Origin: Candidatus Zixiibacteriota bacterium
GTDB lineage: Bacteria; Zixibacteria; MSB-5A5; GN15; FEB-12
Assembly: GCA_029860345.1 (NCBI GenBank)
Contig: JAOUBJ010000003.1
Coordinates: forward strand, 68,709 to 132,708
DNA length: 64,000 bases
Direction of reading: 5' to 3'
Program-made: the position numbers and the translations under genes
Notes under the pieces: generated by a model
What the model was told of the DNA's origin: nothing
The model's input: the letters and a program-made list of their open reading frames with translations, nothing else
Databases searched by the model: none
Part shown: positions 1 to 9,203 of the stretch, one piece after another
Position numbering within the stretch: the first letter of the stretch is position 1
Layout: each line of letters starts with the position of its first letter

Positions 1-814
1 CTACTTCGAAAGTCCCCGCATTGCCCGGCGTGATGGGAATCAACAGGGCCAGCGTGTTTACTATCATAACCACGGCGGCGGCGGCAAAGGGTAGATGGAG
101 TCCGAACGACAGAAACAAAAAGTAAATGACAGCTGTATGGGCGGTCCATGAAGCCAACGAGTACGCCACGGTGCCGAAAAAGTGCTGGCTGGAACGTAGC
201 GTCCTAATCCCCTTGGTGAATGAGCGCATGAACTTCTTCAGACCGACATACATGCTCGGCCAGCGGTGTCGCAGCCGGAGCCGTCCGATATCTTCCAGCT
301 TGGTCTGAAAGTGGAGCACCGTGTACAGGAGTATCAACAAGCTGACGGTGATTACGGCAATGACAACGCCGGCCGCGCGATACTCCGCCTTTACTCCAAA
401 GGCTAAAGAGGAAAAGGCCAGAAAGATCACCAGGCTCGTGGCATCGAAAAGCACTTCCAGGATGATCGTTGAAAAGACAAAGGTCTTTCTGAGGCCTTCC
501 TTGCGAGCAAACAAAAACAACCGGCCGACCTGACCGGTCAGCATCGGCATGACAATGTTCAGAACCTGGCCGGCCGAATAAAGAGCAATGGCTCGGGGGG
601 CTTTGATTTTCTTGTGCTGCGACACCATGAGTTGCCACCTCATGGCCCTCAGGACGACAAACAGAAAAGTGCAGAAAAGAGCCGGTAGCAGGTACCAGTA
701 ATCGACACGCTGGGAGAGTATTCTCAATTCGTCCAGCGTGATATCCTTAACGCAGTAGCCGAGCAGGGCCACCGCTACAATTGTGCCCCAGAATTGCTTA
801 CTCTTCCAAAACAT
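1..814 (-). CDS. Multi-pass membrane protein, UPF0104 / lysylphosphatidylglycerol-synthase-TM-like (flippase-like) family; 3' end runs off the window
   Basis: Absent from the ORF track because it has no stop inside the window. My translation of the minus strand from ATG (814-812) is open to position 1: MFWKSKQFWGTIVAVALLGYCVKDITLDELRILSQRVDYWYLLPALFCTFLFVVLRAMRWQLMVSQHKKIKAPRAIALYSAGQVLNIVMPMLTGQVGRL...IPITPGNAGTFEV. Several hydrophobic helices and family-like RAxRW and PxTPGxxG motifs. Confidence 0.5.
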   Translation of the reverse strand, partial: MFWKSKQFWGTIVAVALLGYCVKDITLDELRILSQRVDYWYLLPALFCTFLFVVLRAMRWQLMVSQHKKIKAPRAIALYSAGQVLNIVMPMLTGQVGRLFLFARKEGLRKTFVFSTIILEVLFDATSLVIFLAFSSLAFGVKAEYRAAGVVIAVITVSLLILLYTVLHFQTKLEDIGRLRLRHRWPSMYVGLKKFMRSFTKGIRTLRSSQHFFGTVAYSLASWTAHTAVIYFLFLSFGLHLPFAAAAVVMIVNTLALLIPITPGNAGTFEV

Positions 815-927
815 CAGACGCACTTCTCCGGCAAAAAGTCGGCGTGTAAGATAGAGTCTGAGCAAAACAGTGTCAACGAAAACAGTGGTTGCGGTTCTGT
901 GTACGCAACCTCGTGCTAGGAGCACAA

Positions 928-1240
928 CCTCATGCTGAGCGCAGTCGAAGCATGAACCCCCGCCCCAAAAGAGGATTGAGTCGACCACCCGGACGGGATA
1001 CCACAGGCAATGTCACCCTGAGCGCAGTCGAAGGGTGAATCCCTGTTGCCGTTTATAATCTCAAACAAAGTCTGACTCGACCACCCAGAAGGGATACTAA
1101 TTACATTGTCACCCTGAGCGCAGTCGAAGGGTGAATCTATGTTGCCGTTTATAATCTCAAACAAAGTCTGACTCGACCACCCGGACGGGATACCACAGGC
1201 AATGTCACCCTGAGCGCAGTCGAAGGGTGAATCCCGAACC
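928..1240. repeat. Intergenic repeat block: one palindromic unit (cctcatgctgagcgcagtcgaagcatgaacc) followed by a ~97-98 bp tandem repeat of ~2.7 copies
   Basis: Units start near 975, 1071 and 1169. Each reads tga(g/c)tcgaccaccc(g/a)ga(c/a)gggata...tgtcaccctgagcgcagtcgaagggtgaatc...gttgccgtttataatctcaaacaaagtc. The track ORF 916..1449 shows the repeated peptide DSPFDCAQGD...IPSGWSSQTLFEIINGN. Confidence 0.85.
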
Positions 1241-1395
1241 AAAGGGCTGGTTGACAAGCCCTCGATTGCGTCATTGCGATACATCCCGCGTCTCGCCGGA
1301 CGTGACGCTGCAATCTCGCTCCATAATTCGGGCGGTGTTGCCTCAAGGTCGGTCATTCTGGCAAAGGCCGGAATCCAGTCTTCGACGTCGGAGCG

Positions 1396-1520
1396 GGATG
1401 CCGGATCAAGTCCGGCATGACGAGATTTGTGCCCCGCCCAAGAACCCACCCGCCGCCAAGCGCTCTGGGTGGGGTACCGAAGTCCTTGTCACCGGTCGAC
1501 TCCACTCAGGGTGAGGTTGG
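1396..1520. repeat. Cluster of short palindromic (REP-like) modules
   Basis: Hairpin gggatgccggatcaagtccggcatgac. Hairpin cccacccgccgccaagcgctctgggtgggg. Module gtcgactccactcagggtgaggt. All three recur elsewhere, e.g. 48068-48100, 48345-48385, 52455-52492 and 57745-57780. Confidence 0.7.
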
Positions 1521-1638
1521 TGATGCGCGAGGACGTACACCACGCACAAAGAGTTACGTAGGGCAACCGCCGCGGCGGACCTTCGGCGCAGGGATGCCGC
1601 CTTGCAAAGAGAAGATGGGTTCACCTTCCCGCCTGCGC

Positions 1639-1705
1639 GGGAATGACAGAGAGGGGCGGGAACGACAGAGAGGGGCGGGAACGACAGAGAGGGGCGGGAA
1701 TGACG
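1639..1705. repeat. 19-bp tandem repeat, about 3.5 copies (gggaa(t/c)gacagagaggggc)
   Basis: Copies begin at 1639, 1658, 1677 and 1696, giving a 19-nt period by direct counting. Confidence 0.8.
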
Positions 1706-1761
1706 AAAGAGTGGGGGAGAATGAAAGTAGGGGGCAGGGCTGACCGAACTGGAACGATCCG

Positions 1762-2523
1762 TCAGATTGGAGCAACGAGTTCTTTTCTGATCCATCCGCG
1801 ACGCTTGTTTTCAAACAGAACGTTCAGGAAGTCACCTGATTCGGAAGCGATTTCGACAATGAGTCCGGGCGCACCGCGCAGTTCGATTTCGGACTGTTCC
1901 GATGCGCCGGTGTAGACTGGGCTTTCGTCGGCTATGATGACCGCGCGGCGCGTAAGATAGTCGTACCGATACTTGAATGTCGTCAGGCTGCCGGCGGCCA
2001 AAAGTAAAATAGCACAAATGACCATCAGGACTCGCACCGGCGAGGAGTTGTGACCGAGTCCGAAGCGAACGGTCAAGGTGGCCAGCAACAAGACGAAAAA
2101 GGCGGTGGCAATCCAGGCCAGGCGTTGTAATTCATAGGTATCCACTAAATCCACGAAAAAGCTGCGAATCGGATTGAGTTGCACACCCTGCATTTGGACT
2201 CGCGAAAACTGTTTGGCAAACTCCAGATTGAAGGCTATGTCCTCATCACCGGGCGCCAGGCGGCGGGCCTTGGAATAATATAAGACGGCGTGACCGAGGT
2301 CGCCGGACTTGAAATATGCGTTGGCCAGATTGAAATGGACGTCGGCCGATTCCACGCCGCGGTTGAGAATGCTTTCATACATTCTGATAGCGCTGGCAAA
2401 GTCTTTGTCTTCATAAAACCTGTTGGCCATGGCGAACTCTTCCGACTGAGCCATCACAGAAAACCGCCCAGTCACCATGAACAAGACCGCCAACACGAGC
2501 AGACAAAGCACACGCCTAAGCAA
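1762..2523 (-). CDS. BatE-like protein: signal peptide, TPR repeats, TM helices and a C-terminal SH3b-like domain
   Basis: 253-aa ORF. TPR-like FAMANRFYEDKDFASAIRMYESIL...NLANAYFKSGDLGHAVLYYSKARRLAP, then hydrophobic helices, then tail AVIIADESPVYTGASEQSEIELRGAPGLIVEI...GWIRKELV. Last gene of the Bat cluster. Confidence 0.55.
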   Translation of the reverse strand: MLRRVLCLLVLAVLFMVTGRFSVMAQSEEFAMANRFYEDKDFASAIRMYESILNRGVESADVHFNLANAYFKSGDLGHAVLYYSKARRLAPGDEDIAFNLEFAKQFSRVQMQGVQLNPIRSFFVDLVDTYELQRLAWIATAFFVLLLATLTVRFGLGHNSSPVRVLMVICAILLLAAGSLTTFKYRYDYLTRRAVIIADESPVYTGASEQSEIELRGAPGLIVEIASESGDFLNVLFENKRRGWIRKELVAPI

Positions 2524-4417
2524 GCTTTACCCCCTCGATCCTGATGATGACTTCCTCCGATTGCTTAAGCGTCCGATCTATATCCGACTGGGTAAGGGCA
2601 GCCGAGGCAAACCGGGCGTAATCGCATTGGGTGATAACGCCGGTGTAACTCTCTATAAGTTCCTCGGGAGTCAAACGCTCGGCCAACTCCTGGCGAATTG
2701 TGTCGGTGGTCAAACCGTGTGGCGAGATGTTGAGTTTGTCGGCCAGGTAGGATGTCAAAGCACGATATATCTCGACGTAGAACTCTCCGACCGAGTCCAG
2801 GTTGGCCAGTGCCCGAGCTTGGGCTAGTCTCTTTTTGGCGATCTTGGCCGCCCCCCTGGCTCTGGCTCGTCCGGTGTCGGCAGCCAGCTTCTCGCGCCGA
2901 CGGCGCACCAGCACGGTGGTGATCAGACCCACCAACGGTAGGAAATTGGCCAACACGTATGCATAATTGAAGACCGGAAGATGACCGGTGGCCTGCATCT
3001 TGCCCAGCTCAGCTTTGATGTGCCTGATGTCGTGGGCGCGACTGTCAATAGTCAGACCGGGCGCCGAGTATGGAACGCCGGAACTGCCCGAGTATCCGGC
3101 CGGCGCCGTCACGGTGACCTGAATCGGCTGAGTTGCTACCTTGTTGTATTGGTCACGGTCCGGGTCGAAGTAGTTGAAAGCAACGCTGGGTATCACGAGG
3201 TCTCCCGGCACACGAGGGATGAAAACTTCTTCAAAAACTTTGGTGCCGCCCAGCTTGTCGTTCTGCTGCGAAACAGACTCCGATGACGAAGCCCGATAGA
3301 TCCGGAATTCGTCCATCTCCGACAACACCGGCTCAGCTACCGATTTGATATTACCGGTTCCAGATATCCGAAACTTCACCGTGACCGGTTCGTTTACCTC
3401 AACCTGCCGTTTGTCGGCTTCGGCCTTGATTTTGAAGCGACCGATAGTGCCGGTAAAGTCTGCGGGTCGGTTCTCCTGCGGAATTGGTTTGACATTAATG
3501 CGCAAGGGCTGGCTGGATGCACGCGCTTCGACACCACGTCCAAAGAAATCATCCAGATTGAAAGAACCGAAAGGATCACGGGAACGCCGCCGCTTACCGG
3601 CCACGGTGGCCCGGATTGTGGCGCGACCGATGGTGAGTTCTCCGGTCTGAGTTGGAAAGAGCGCATACTTGCGTTCGATCAAGCGGTAGCGACGATTGTT
3701 GAGGCTTTGGTAATACGGCGCCTTGTTGCCCAGCACTTCGGTCCAGAACCCGGTGGTGGTCGGCTCGGTCAACTCGGGGCTGCCGTAGTACTGAACTGCG
3801 ATGTAAAACTTCAGGGTGAGTGTCACCTGTTCGTTCACATACGGGTCCTTCTTATCTACGACCGCTTCCAGGAAATAGTCTTTACTGTCGCCCTTGGAAT
3901 CCAGGCTGCGATCATTGATGTCATCCGAGGCACTGCTGCCCCGGTTCAGTACCGTCAACATTACCATGTTGCCTTTGTAACGTTTATTATTGTGGACGAC
4001 TGAGATGTTGTCTATGGGAAACTTGCCCGCCTTACGCGGTATGACAAGATAGCGGTAGATCAGAGACGACTCCACGACGCCGTTGGCGATACTGATGTTG
4101 GAGGAGCGACCCTTCGAGTAGATTTCAAAAGTCGGCAGGGTGGGCAGTTGTGGTTCCGGCAGGTTCTGAACACTACCGGCCACTTGCACCTGGAGAAGCG
4201 CCTGTTCGTCCATGCCGATGGTGGTTCGGTCCAAAGTAACGCCGACGGTAATTTCATCGGCCGCCATAACTGCGGTCGTCATTATAACCACGGTCAGTGC
4301 GGCGGAAAGACACCAAACGATACGATGATCAAAAAAAACTTTGTTACCAATCCTTGCCGACATAATTCCCTGATACCTTACGACGCTTGATCTTCTTCTG
4401 GATATCACTTTCGTCAT
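2516..4417 (-). CDS. batD: BatD-family oxygen-tolerance protein
   Basis: 633-aa ORF. N-terminal signal anchor, long beta-rich body, a single TM near the C-terminus (LPVFNYAYVLANFLPLVGLITTVLV) followed by a basic stretch. Sits after batA/batB/batC. The start may instead be ATG at 4363 (MSARIGNK...). Confidence 0.65.
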   Translation of the reverse strand: MTKVISRRRSSVVRYQGIMSARIGNKVFFDHRIVWCLSAALTVVIMTTAVMAADEITVGVTLDRTTIGMDEQALLQVQVAGSVQNLPEPQLPTLPTFEIYSKGRSSNISIANGVVESSLIYRYLVIPRKAGKFPIDNISVVHNNKRYKGNMVMLTVLNRGSSASDDINDRSLDSKGDSKDYFLEAVVDKKDPYVNEQVTLTLKFYIAVQYYGSPELTEPTTTGFWTEVLGNKAPYYQSLNNRRYRLIERKYALFPTQTGELTIGRATIRATVAGKRRRSRDPFGSFNLDDFFGRGVEARASSQPLRINVKPIPQENRPADFTGTIGRFKIKAEADKRQVEVNEPVTVKFRISGTGNIKSVAEPVLSEMDEFRIYRASSSESVSQQNDKLGGTKVFEEVFIPRVPGDLVIPSVAFNYFDPDRDQYNKVATQPIQVTVTAPAGYSGSSGVPYSAPGLTIDSRAHDIRHIKAELGKMQATGHLPVFNYAYVLANFLPLVGLITTVLVRRRREKLAADTGRARARGAAKIAKKRLAQARALANLDSVGEFYVEIYRALTSYLADKLNISPHGLTTDTIRQELAERLTPEELIESYTGVITQCDYARFASAALTQSDIDRTLKQSEEVIIRIEGVKLA

Positions 4418-5144
4418 CGCGCATGGCGTTTAGAATTCGTTCAGCATCCTCTTTGGACATCTGTTGCGCATCCTGTGGTTGCGGCTGCTTTTGTTGCTGT
4501 TCGTCTTTGTTTTCCTGATCCTGCTGTTGCTGCTGTTGTTGTTCGTCTTCGTTTTGTCCCTGTTGATCCTGCTGCTCTTCCTGCTCTTTGTCCTGCTGTT
4601 GCTCTTCCTGCTCTTCCTGCCCGTCCTTCTGCTGGTCCTGTTGCTGTTCCTGTTGTTCCATCTGTTCTTTGAGCAGGCGACGCGCTAGTTCAAGATTATA
4701 CTTGGCATCCATGTCGTCGGAATTGATTTCCAGAGACTTCTGGTAACTCTGAATAGCGTTTTGATAGTCTTGCATACGGAAGAGGGTGTTGCCAAGATTG
4801 TAATGAGCCTGAGCTTCAGTCTCAATGTCGGTGGTGTTTAAGGCTCGCGTGTACTTGTCGACGGCCTCCTCGAAACCGCCGTCCTCATGAAGAGCCCCGG
4901 CGATATTGTAATTCAGTTCCGGCGATTCCGGAATGTCCGTTTCGGCGTTATGATAGTAGTCCAGAGCCGTCTGGAAATCACCTGATTTCATCGCCTCATT
5001 GCCCTTTTTCACCTTGTCAAAAAGGCCTTCGGCGGCCGCCGAACCAGCCAGAACCAACAGTATTGCAACTACTCTCATCATAACAGACTTACGCATGGCC
5101 ACTGGCCTCCGTTCGCTTTTTTCGTTCAGAAAGAAAGAACTCAC
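4344..5144 (-). CDS. batC: BatC-like TPR protein with a Gln/Glu-rich C-terminal tail
   Basis: 266-aa ORF with a signal peptide (MMRVVAILLVLAGSAAAEG) and TPR repeats (FQTALDYYHNAE..., AHYNLGNTLFRMQDYQNAIQSYQKSLEINSDD). Followed by a ~70-aa low-complexity Q/E/D stretch. Alternative starts at 5096 or 5081 remove the overlap with batB. Confidence 0.65.
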   Translation of the reverse strand: MSSFFLNEKSERRPVAMRKSVMMRVVAILLVLAGSAAAEGLFDKVKKGNEAMKSGDFQTALDYYHNAETDIPESPELNYNIAGALHEDGGFEEAVDKYTRALNTTDIETEAQAHYNLGNTLFRMQDYQNAIQSYQKSLEINSDDMDAKYNLELARRLLKEQMEQQEQQQDQQKDGQEEQEEQQQDKEQEEQQDQQGQNEDEQQQQQQQDQENKDEQQQKQPQPQDAQQMSKEDAERILNAMRDDESDIQKKIKRRKVSGNYVGKDW

Positions 5145-6111
5145 CGATCACCAGAAATATGGCCAATAAAAGCGGCCACTGGAAGCGGTCATCATAACGA
5201 GTCACCAGCGCTCCCTCCAGTTCTTTCTTCTCCATAGAAGATATTTCGTCAAAAATCCTGTCCAACTCAATCTCCCCCGCTGTGGCGTGGTAGTACTTGC
5301 CGCCCGTGGCCAACGACACTTTCTGAAGCGTGGTTTCGTCAAGACTGGAAACAATGACCTCACCGTTCTCATCCTTCTTGAAACCCATCTGCTTGCCTGC
5401 GCGGTCGAGGATCGGGATCGGTTCGCCGTCGGGGTTGCCTATCCCTACCGTGTAAATCTTGATGCCTTCCTGACGAGCTTCCTCAGCTTTCTCTTCGGCC
5501 CCGCCTTCATGATCCTCGCCGTCGGTCAACAACAAGAGCACTTTGTGTTGTTTCTCTTGCTGAGCAAAGGCGCGTGAAGACATTTCGATGGCCGAAGTCA
5601 ACGATGTACCCTGGACGCTCACCGAGGCGTTGTCGACAGCCTCAAGCAAAAACCCGGCTGCCGAGTAGTCAAGGGTCAGGGGACACTGAATAAACGCCTC
5701 CCCGGCAAAAACGACCAGGCCGATACGATCACCTTTAAGACGTTCGATTATGCCGCGAATTTCCTGCTTGGCTTTATCCAATCGGTTGGGCGCCATATCA
5801 CGAGCCATCATCGAGTTTGACACGTCCAGGGCGATCACGATGTCGATCCCTTCGCGCTTCAACAGTTCCAGATGGGTACCAAACTGAAGCCGAGCCAGGG
5901 CTACGGCAACCAGCATCAAAGCCAGGAGGATCAATACGCTCTTTGTTCGTTGACGAGTGAAACTGATGTACGGTGCGTTTTTCATCAACAGGGGTAGATC
6001 ACCAAACCGTTGCATCAGCTTCTTCTTGCGCGCCAGGGCGAAAAAGACAAAGACGCCCAACAACAAAATGATCGGCAGGATGGCGAAGTTTATCGGATCG
6101 GCAAAACGCAT
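5089..6111 (-). CDS. batB: VWA-domain protein BatB
   Basis: 340-aa ORF. Two N-terminal TM helices, then a VWA domain with MIDAS-type motif (DIVIALDVSNSM...LLLTDGEDHEG). Confidence 0.8.
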   Translation of the reverse strand: MRFADPINFAILPIILLLGVFVFFALARKKKLMQRFGDLPLLMKNAPYISFTRQRTKSVLILLALMLVAVALARLQFGTHLELLKREGIDIVIALDVSNSMMARDMAPNRLDKAKQEIRGIIERLKGDRIGLVVFAGEAFIQCPLTLDYSAAGFLLEAVDNASVSVQGTSLTSAIEMSSRAFAQQEKQHKVLLLLTDGEDHEGGAEEKAEEARQEGIKIYTVGIGNPDGEPIPILDRAGKQMGFKKDENGEVIVSSLDETTLQKVSLATGGKYYHATAGEIELDRIFDEISSMEKKELEGALVTRYDDRFQWPLLLAIFLVIGEFFLSERKKRTEASGHA

Positions 6112-6129
6112 GGGCTATCTATACCTCTG

Positions 6130-7173
6130 CTAAGGCAACTTTCGAAAAAAGGTTTGGGCCAACAGTATCTCAAGCACCAAGAGCAGCAGGCCGGTATACG
6201 TGAAAAAATGAAACAGCTCTGTGTACTGGATGTGTGAGGCGATTTTGACCTCAGTTTTTTCCAGGGCATCGATTTCTCCGTAGATTTCTTCCAGTTCTTC
6301 ACCCGATCGTGCCCGGAAATACTTACCGTCGGTCTTCTCGGCAATCTGTTTGAGCGTCTCTTCGTCGATCCGCGTCGGCTGGTATACATAGCGCTTGCCG
6401 AACAGCGGGTCCTGAACCGGGTACATGGCATTGCCCGGTTTGCCGGCGCCGATGGTGTAGATTTTGATATCCATGGCTTCAGCCAATGAAGCCGCCGTCA
6501 CCGGGTCGATCTCGCCGGCGTTGTTGTCGCCATCGGTCAGAAGAACCATGATGCGACTCTTGGAATCCGACTCACGCAACCGATTGACACCGTTGATCAA
6601 GGCCATACCGATGGCCGTGCCGTCCTCGACCAGCCCGAAGTCCACCTGATCGATGAAGTTCAGCAATACACCGTAGTCCGTGGTCAACGGACACTGCGTG
6701 AATGAGTAGCGCGCGAACACAACCAGGCCGATGCGATCATTGACACGGCGTTCGACGAACTTTTTGATCTCCTCCTTGGCTACGTGGAGACGATTGTGCG
6801 GCTTGAAATCTTCGGCCTGCATCGATGACGAGACGTCGAGCGCCAGCATGATGTCGATACCTTCCGAAGTCACTTCGGTGTACTCGGTGCCGCTGCGCGG
6901 ACGAGCAAAGGCGACCACAAACAAAAGCACGGCCAGCATGCGAAAGGCGGTCAACAGAAAGCGATAACGCTGACGAGCCGACCGTCCGGCGCGGCGAACG
7001 ATTTTTAAGTCGGAGTATTTGATGGTAGCCGATTTGAACCGACGGTGCCGACGATGGTAGTAGATCATCCAGGCCAGAATCAGCCCGCCGACAATGAATA
7101 TGGCCAGCGGTGGAATGGTGGTATTGACTACATCAAAAAGGTTGATACTCAGGCCGGCGAATTCGAGGTTCAT
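6130..7173 (-). CDS. batA: VWA-domain protein BatA
   Basis: 347-aa ORF. N-terminal TM helices, VWA/MIDAS motif (DIMLALDVSSSM...VLLTDGDNNAG) and a C-terminal TM. Confidence 0.8.
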   Translation of the reverse strand: MNLEFAGLSINLFDVVNTTIPPLAIFIVGGLILAWMIYYHRRHRRFKSATIKYSDLKIVRRAGRSARQRYRFLLTAFRMLAVLLFVVAFARPRSGTEYTEVTSEGIDIMLALDVSSSMQAEDFKPHNRLHVAKEEIKKFVERRVNDRIGLVVFARYSFTQCPLTTDYGVLLNFIDQVDFGLVEDGTAIGMALINGVNRLRESDSKSRIMVLLTDGDNNAGEIDPVTAASLAEAMDIKIYTIGAGKPGNAMYPVQDPLFGKRYVYQPTRIDEETLKQIAEKTDGKYFRARSGEELEEIYGEIDALEKTEVKIASHIQYTELFHFFTYTGLLLLVLEILLAQTFFRKLP

Positions 7174-8261
7174 TCCTCCACCTCCGTGGGACCTTCTGTC
7201 GGCTTTTCTTTGTCATTGGAAGCCACGGCCATTTCGACCTGCAATCGTCGCTCAAACTCAAGGCGCACCGACTCAACCATATCGTGCGCGAGATTGAAAT
7301 CGGTACCGGCCCGTTCCTCCTGGGGAACGAAGCGCGCAAACTTCACCAGGTCGGCATGACTGAGAAAATTGCGCAGGTTGTCATACAAGTCGTTCGGCAG
7401 GGCAACATCGATAAACCTCACCAGAAACTCGTCGGTTGTCATCTCAAGAACGTCGACCTCATACATCCGTCCGAAGTACTCGCGGACGATCTCGGTCAGT
7501 TCTATGTAGTAGAGTTTGTGCTTACTCTGGGCCATTAGGCTTTTCTCGGAAAGCAAGGCTAGTCGTTCGAACGCAATCTCCCACGGCTGGCGCCGGTCGA
7601 CAAAGGCAGCTCGATCAGGCTTGCGACGGAAACGACGCCACAAATACCAGGCAATGACTATGAGAACAACCGTGGCGGCGCCGCCAATGATTCCCTTTTC
7701 ACGAGGATCACGGGCAAACACGGTGGGTGGTTTCGGCGGTTTGAGCGGACGAATGTCGGCCGAGTCAGATTCTGCACCCAAAAGAGAATTCACCACAATC
7801 GGCACCGCTTCAGACAGAATCACTTTCCGAGAACCGTCGGGCAAGTTGAACAACGCAGGTATCGGCGGGATGACGTAGTCGCCGGTGGTAAAAGTGCTAA
7901 GCACGAAATTGCTTTCGCTTCGCATCCGTCCGTCATCAAGCCGCGAAATCTGATCCGTTTGGTAATCCTTAACATCGAATGCACCCAGGTTGGCGCCCAG
8001 CGGCGGCGGCACCAACTCGTAGGTGGAGTCGTAGGTGATGGTCAGTTTGTAATTGATCAAGTCACCGATGAACATATCGGCTCGGTCCACCGCTGTTTCC
8101 ACGGTGATCCCCCGGATCGTGGATACGGTGTCGACCTGAGCCATCACCGGCAAGGACAAAGCGGTCACGACAAGCCACACCATCAGCGAAACTGCTGCCG
8201 CTTCTCGAAAAACAAGTCGACCACGCAGGTCGACCCAATCTGGGGACTCACGCTTCGTCAT
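7170..8261 (-). CDS. Membrane protein: BatD-N-like beta domain + TM + DUF4381-like C-terminal region
   Basis: 363-aa ORF. Signal anchor, beta-rich ectodomain, TM (IIGGAATVVLIVIAWYLW), then PWEIAFERLALL...YYIELTEIVREYFGRMYEVDVLEMTTDEFL. This resembles the small DUF4381 gene normally found between DUF58 and batA. Confidence 0.45.
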   Translation of the reverse strand: MTKRESPDWVDLRGRLVFREAAAVSLMVWLVVTALSLPVMAQVDTVSTIRGITVETAVDRADMFIGDLINYKLTITYDSTYELVPPPLGANLGAFDVKDYQTDQISRLDDGRMRSESNFVLSTFTTGDYVIPPIPALFNLPDGSRKVILSEAVPIVVNSLLGAESDSADIRPLKPPKPPTVFARDPREKGIIGGAATVVLIVIAWYLWRRFRRKPDRAAFVDRRQPWEIAFERLALLSEKSLMAQSKHKLYYIELTEIVREYFGRMYEVDVLEMTTDEFLVRFIDVALPNDLYDNLRNFLSHADLVKFARFVPQEERAGTDFNLAHDMVESVRLEFERRLQVEMAVASNDKEKPTEGPTEVEE

Positions 8262-9139
8262 TTGATATTCTGATCGTAGAATTCTACTTTCTCCGCTTTC
8301 GACAGCATGGCGATGTAATCTGAAAAAGCTGCGTTCGCTTTCGTTCCCTGATAATCCAAAAACACCTGCGCCCGCACCGAATCATAGGGCGCGTTTTGGT
8401 ATTTGTCCTGCTTGTGAGCCAGCCAAAAATTGCGCACGTCGCTTGAATCAATAGTCACTTTCGGCATGACTTTATCTACAACATATTTGTCAACCAGCAG
8501 TTTTCTCTGCAATTGCCGCTGCTGTTTTTGAACTTCGGGGTCGTTGTCATACCCTTCCCGCAGGGCGGCGCGATAGATCAATTCCATGGCAACGTATTGA
8601 TGCGCATATTCCACCCGTGCCTGACGCGACGTGAACTGTTTCTGAATCTGGACCGGCATCGCCTGAATTTCATCTTCCACCTGCGACAACCAGATGGGTA
8701 CGCCGCCGACCCGCGCCACGGCCACATCCCCTTGCTGCTTGGGCGTGGTCACCAGATCGGTAGCGTCGTTCAATTGCTGCCTGGCTTCCAGTATTTGCCC
8801 CATCTTCTCAAGCGATGCTACCAGGTTTTTCGACGCTTCATTCACGAAGGAACCGTTCGGATCGATCGAACGAGCACGGACATAGTAAGCTGCCGCTTGG
8901 TCGTGGTTGGAAAGGTTCTCAAAGTAAATCTTCCCGATCAGATAGTTGACATTGCCACGGGTCTTAACGTCGACATCAGGATACTTAAGTAACGTCTGGT
9001 ACTCTTCGATCGCTGCCGTGTATAGCCTGGTATCGCGCAACTCACCGGCCAGCTTCTTGTGTCGTTCGATAGCCGCAGAGTTATCGACATTGGTGCATGA
9101 CACAAGAGCCATCAGGAGTATGCCGAGGGCAACGGTCAC
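8258..9139 (-). CDS. Lipoprotein with TPR-like N-terminal part and SurA-N/PpiD-like chaperone-type region
   Basis: The track ORF runs to 9436, but 9140-9436 is built from intergenic repeat modules. GTG at 9139 gives (M)TVALGILLMALVSC with an LVSC lipobox; ATG at 9112 is an alternative. The body has VARVGGVPIWLSQVEDEI...ELIYRAALREGYDNDPEV. Confidence 0.5.
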   Translation of the reverse strand: MTVALGILLMALVSCTNVDNSAAIERHKKLAGELRDTRLYTAAIEEYQTLLKYPDVDVKTRGNVNYLIGKIYFENLSNHDQAAAYYVRARSIDPNGSFVNEASKNLVASLEKMGQILEARQQLNDATDLVTTPKQQGDVAVARVGGVPIWLSQVEDEIQAMPVQIQKQFTSRQARVEYAHQYVAMELIYRAALREGYDNDPEVQKQQRQLQRKLLVDKYVVDKVMPKVTIDSSDVRNFWLAHKQDKYQNAPYDSVRAQVFLDYQGTKANAAFSDYIAMLSKAEKVEFYDQNIK

Positions 9140-9203
9140 AGGCCTGCCTGCCTGCAAATATGTCTTCTGCGCTGCGCGCGCCTCGGGTGGCCGCCTCAAT
9201 TTT

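Noticed and set aside
975-1240. Possible CRISPR array (regular direct repeats), also considered for 36286-36342
   Set aside because: The units are contiguous tandem copies with no unique spacers of regular length. No cas genes are in the window, and the same modules are dispersed singly elsewhere.
916-1449. 177-aa minus-strand ORF with the triple repeat DSPFDCAQGD...IPSGWSSQTLFEIINGN, plus overlapping ORFs at 1149..1346, 1227..1514, 1406..1795, 1417..1743 and 1554..1814
   Set aside because: They are read entirely through tandem and palindromic intergenic repeat modules. There are open frames on both strands, no SD, and the peptide repeats mirror the DNA repeats. Most likely spurious.
4464-4688. 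Two plus-strand ORFs encoding Leu-rich and Ala/Val-rich peptides
   Set aside because: They are antisense to the Gln/Glu low-complexity tail of the BatC-like gene, so they are compositional artefacts of CAG/GAA repeats.
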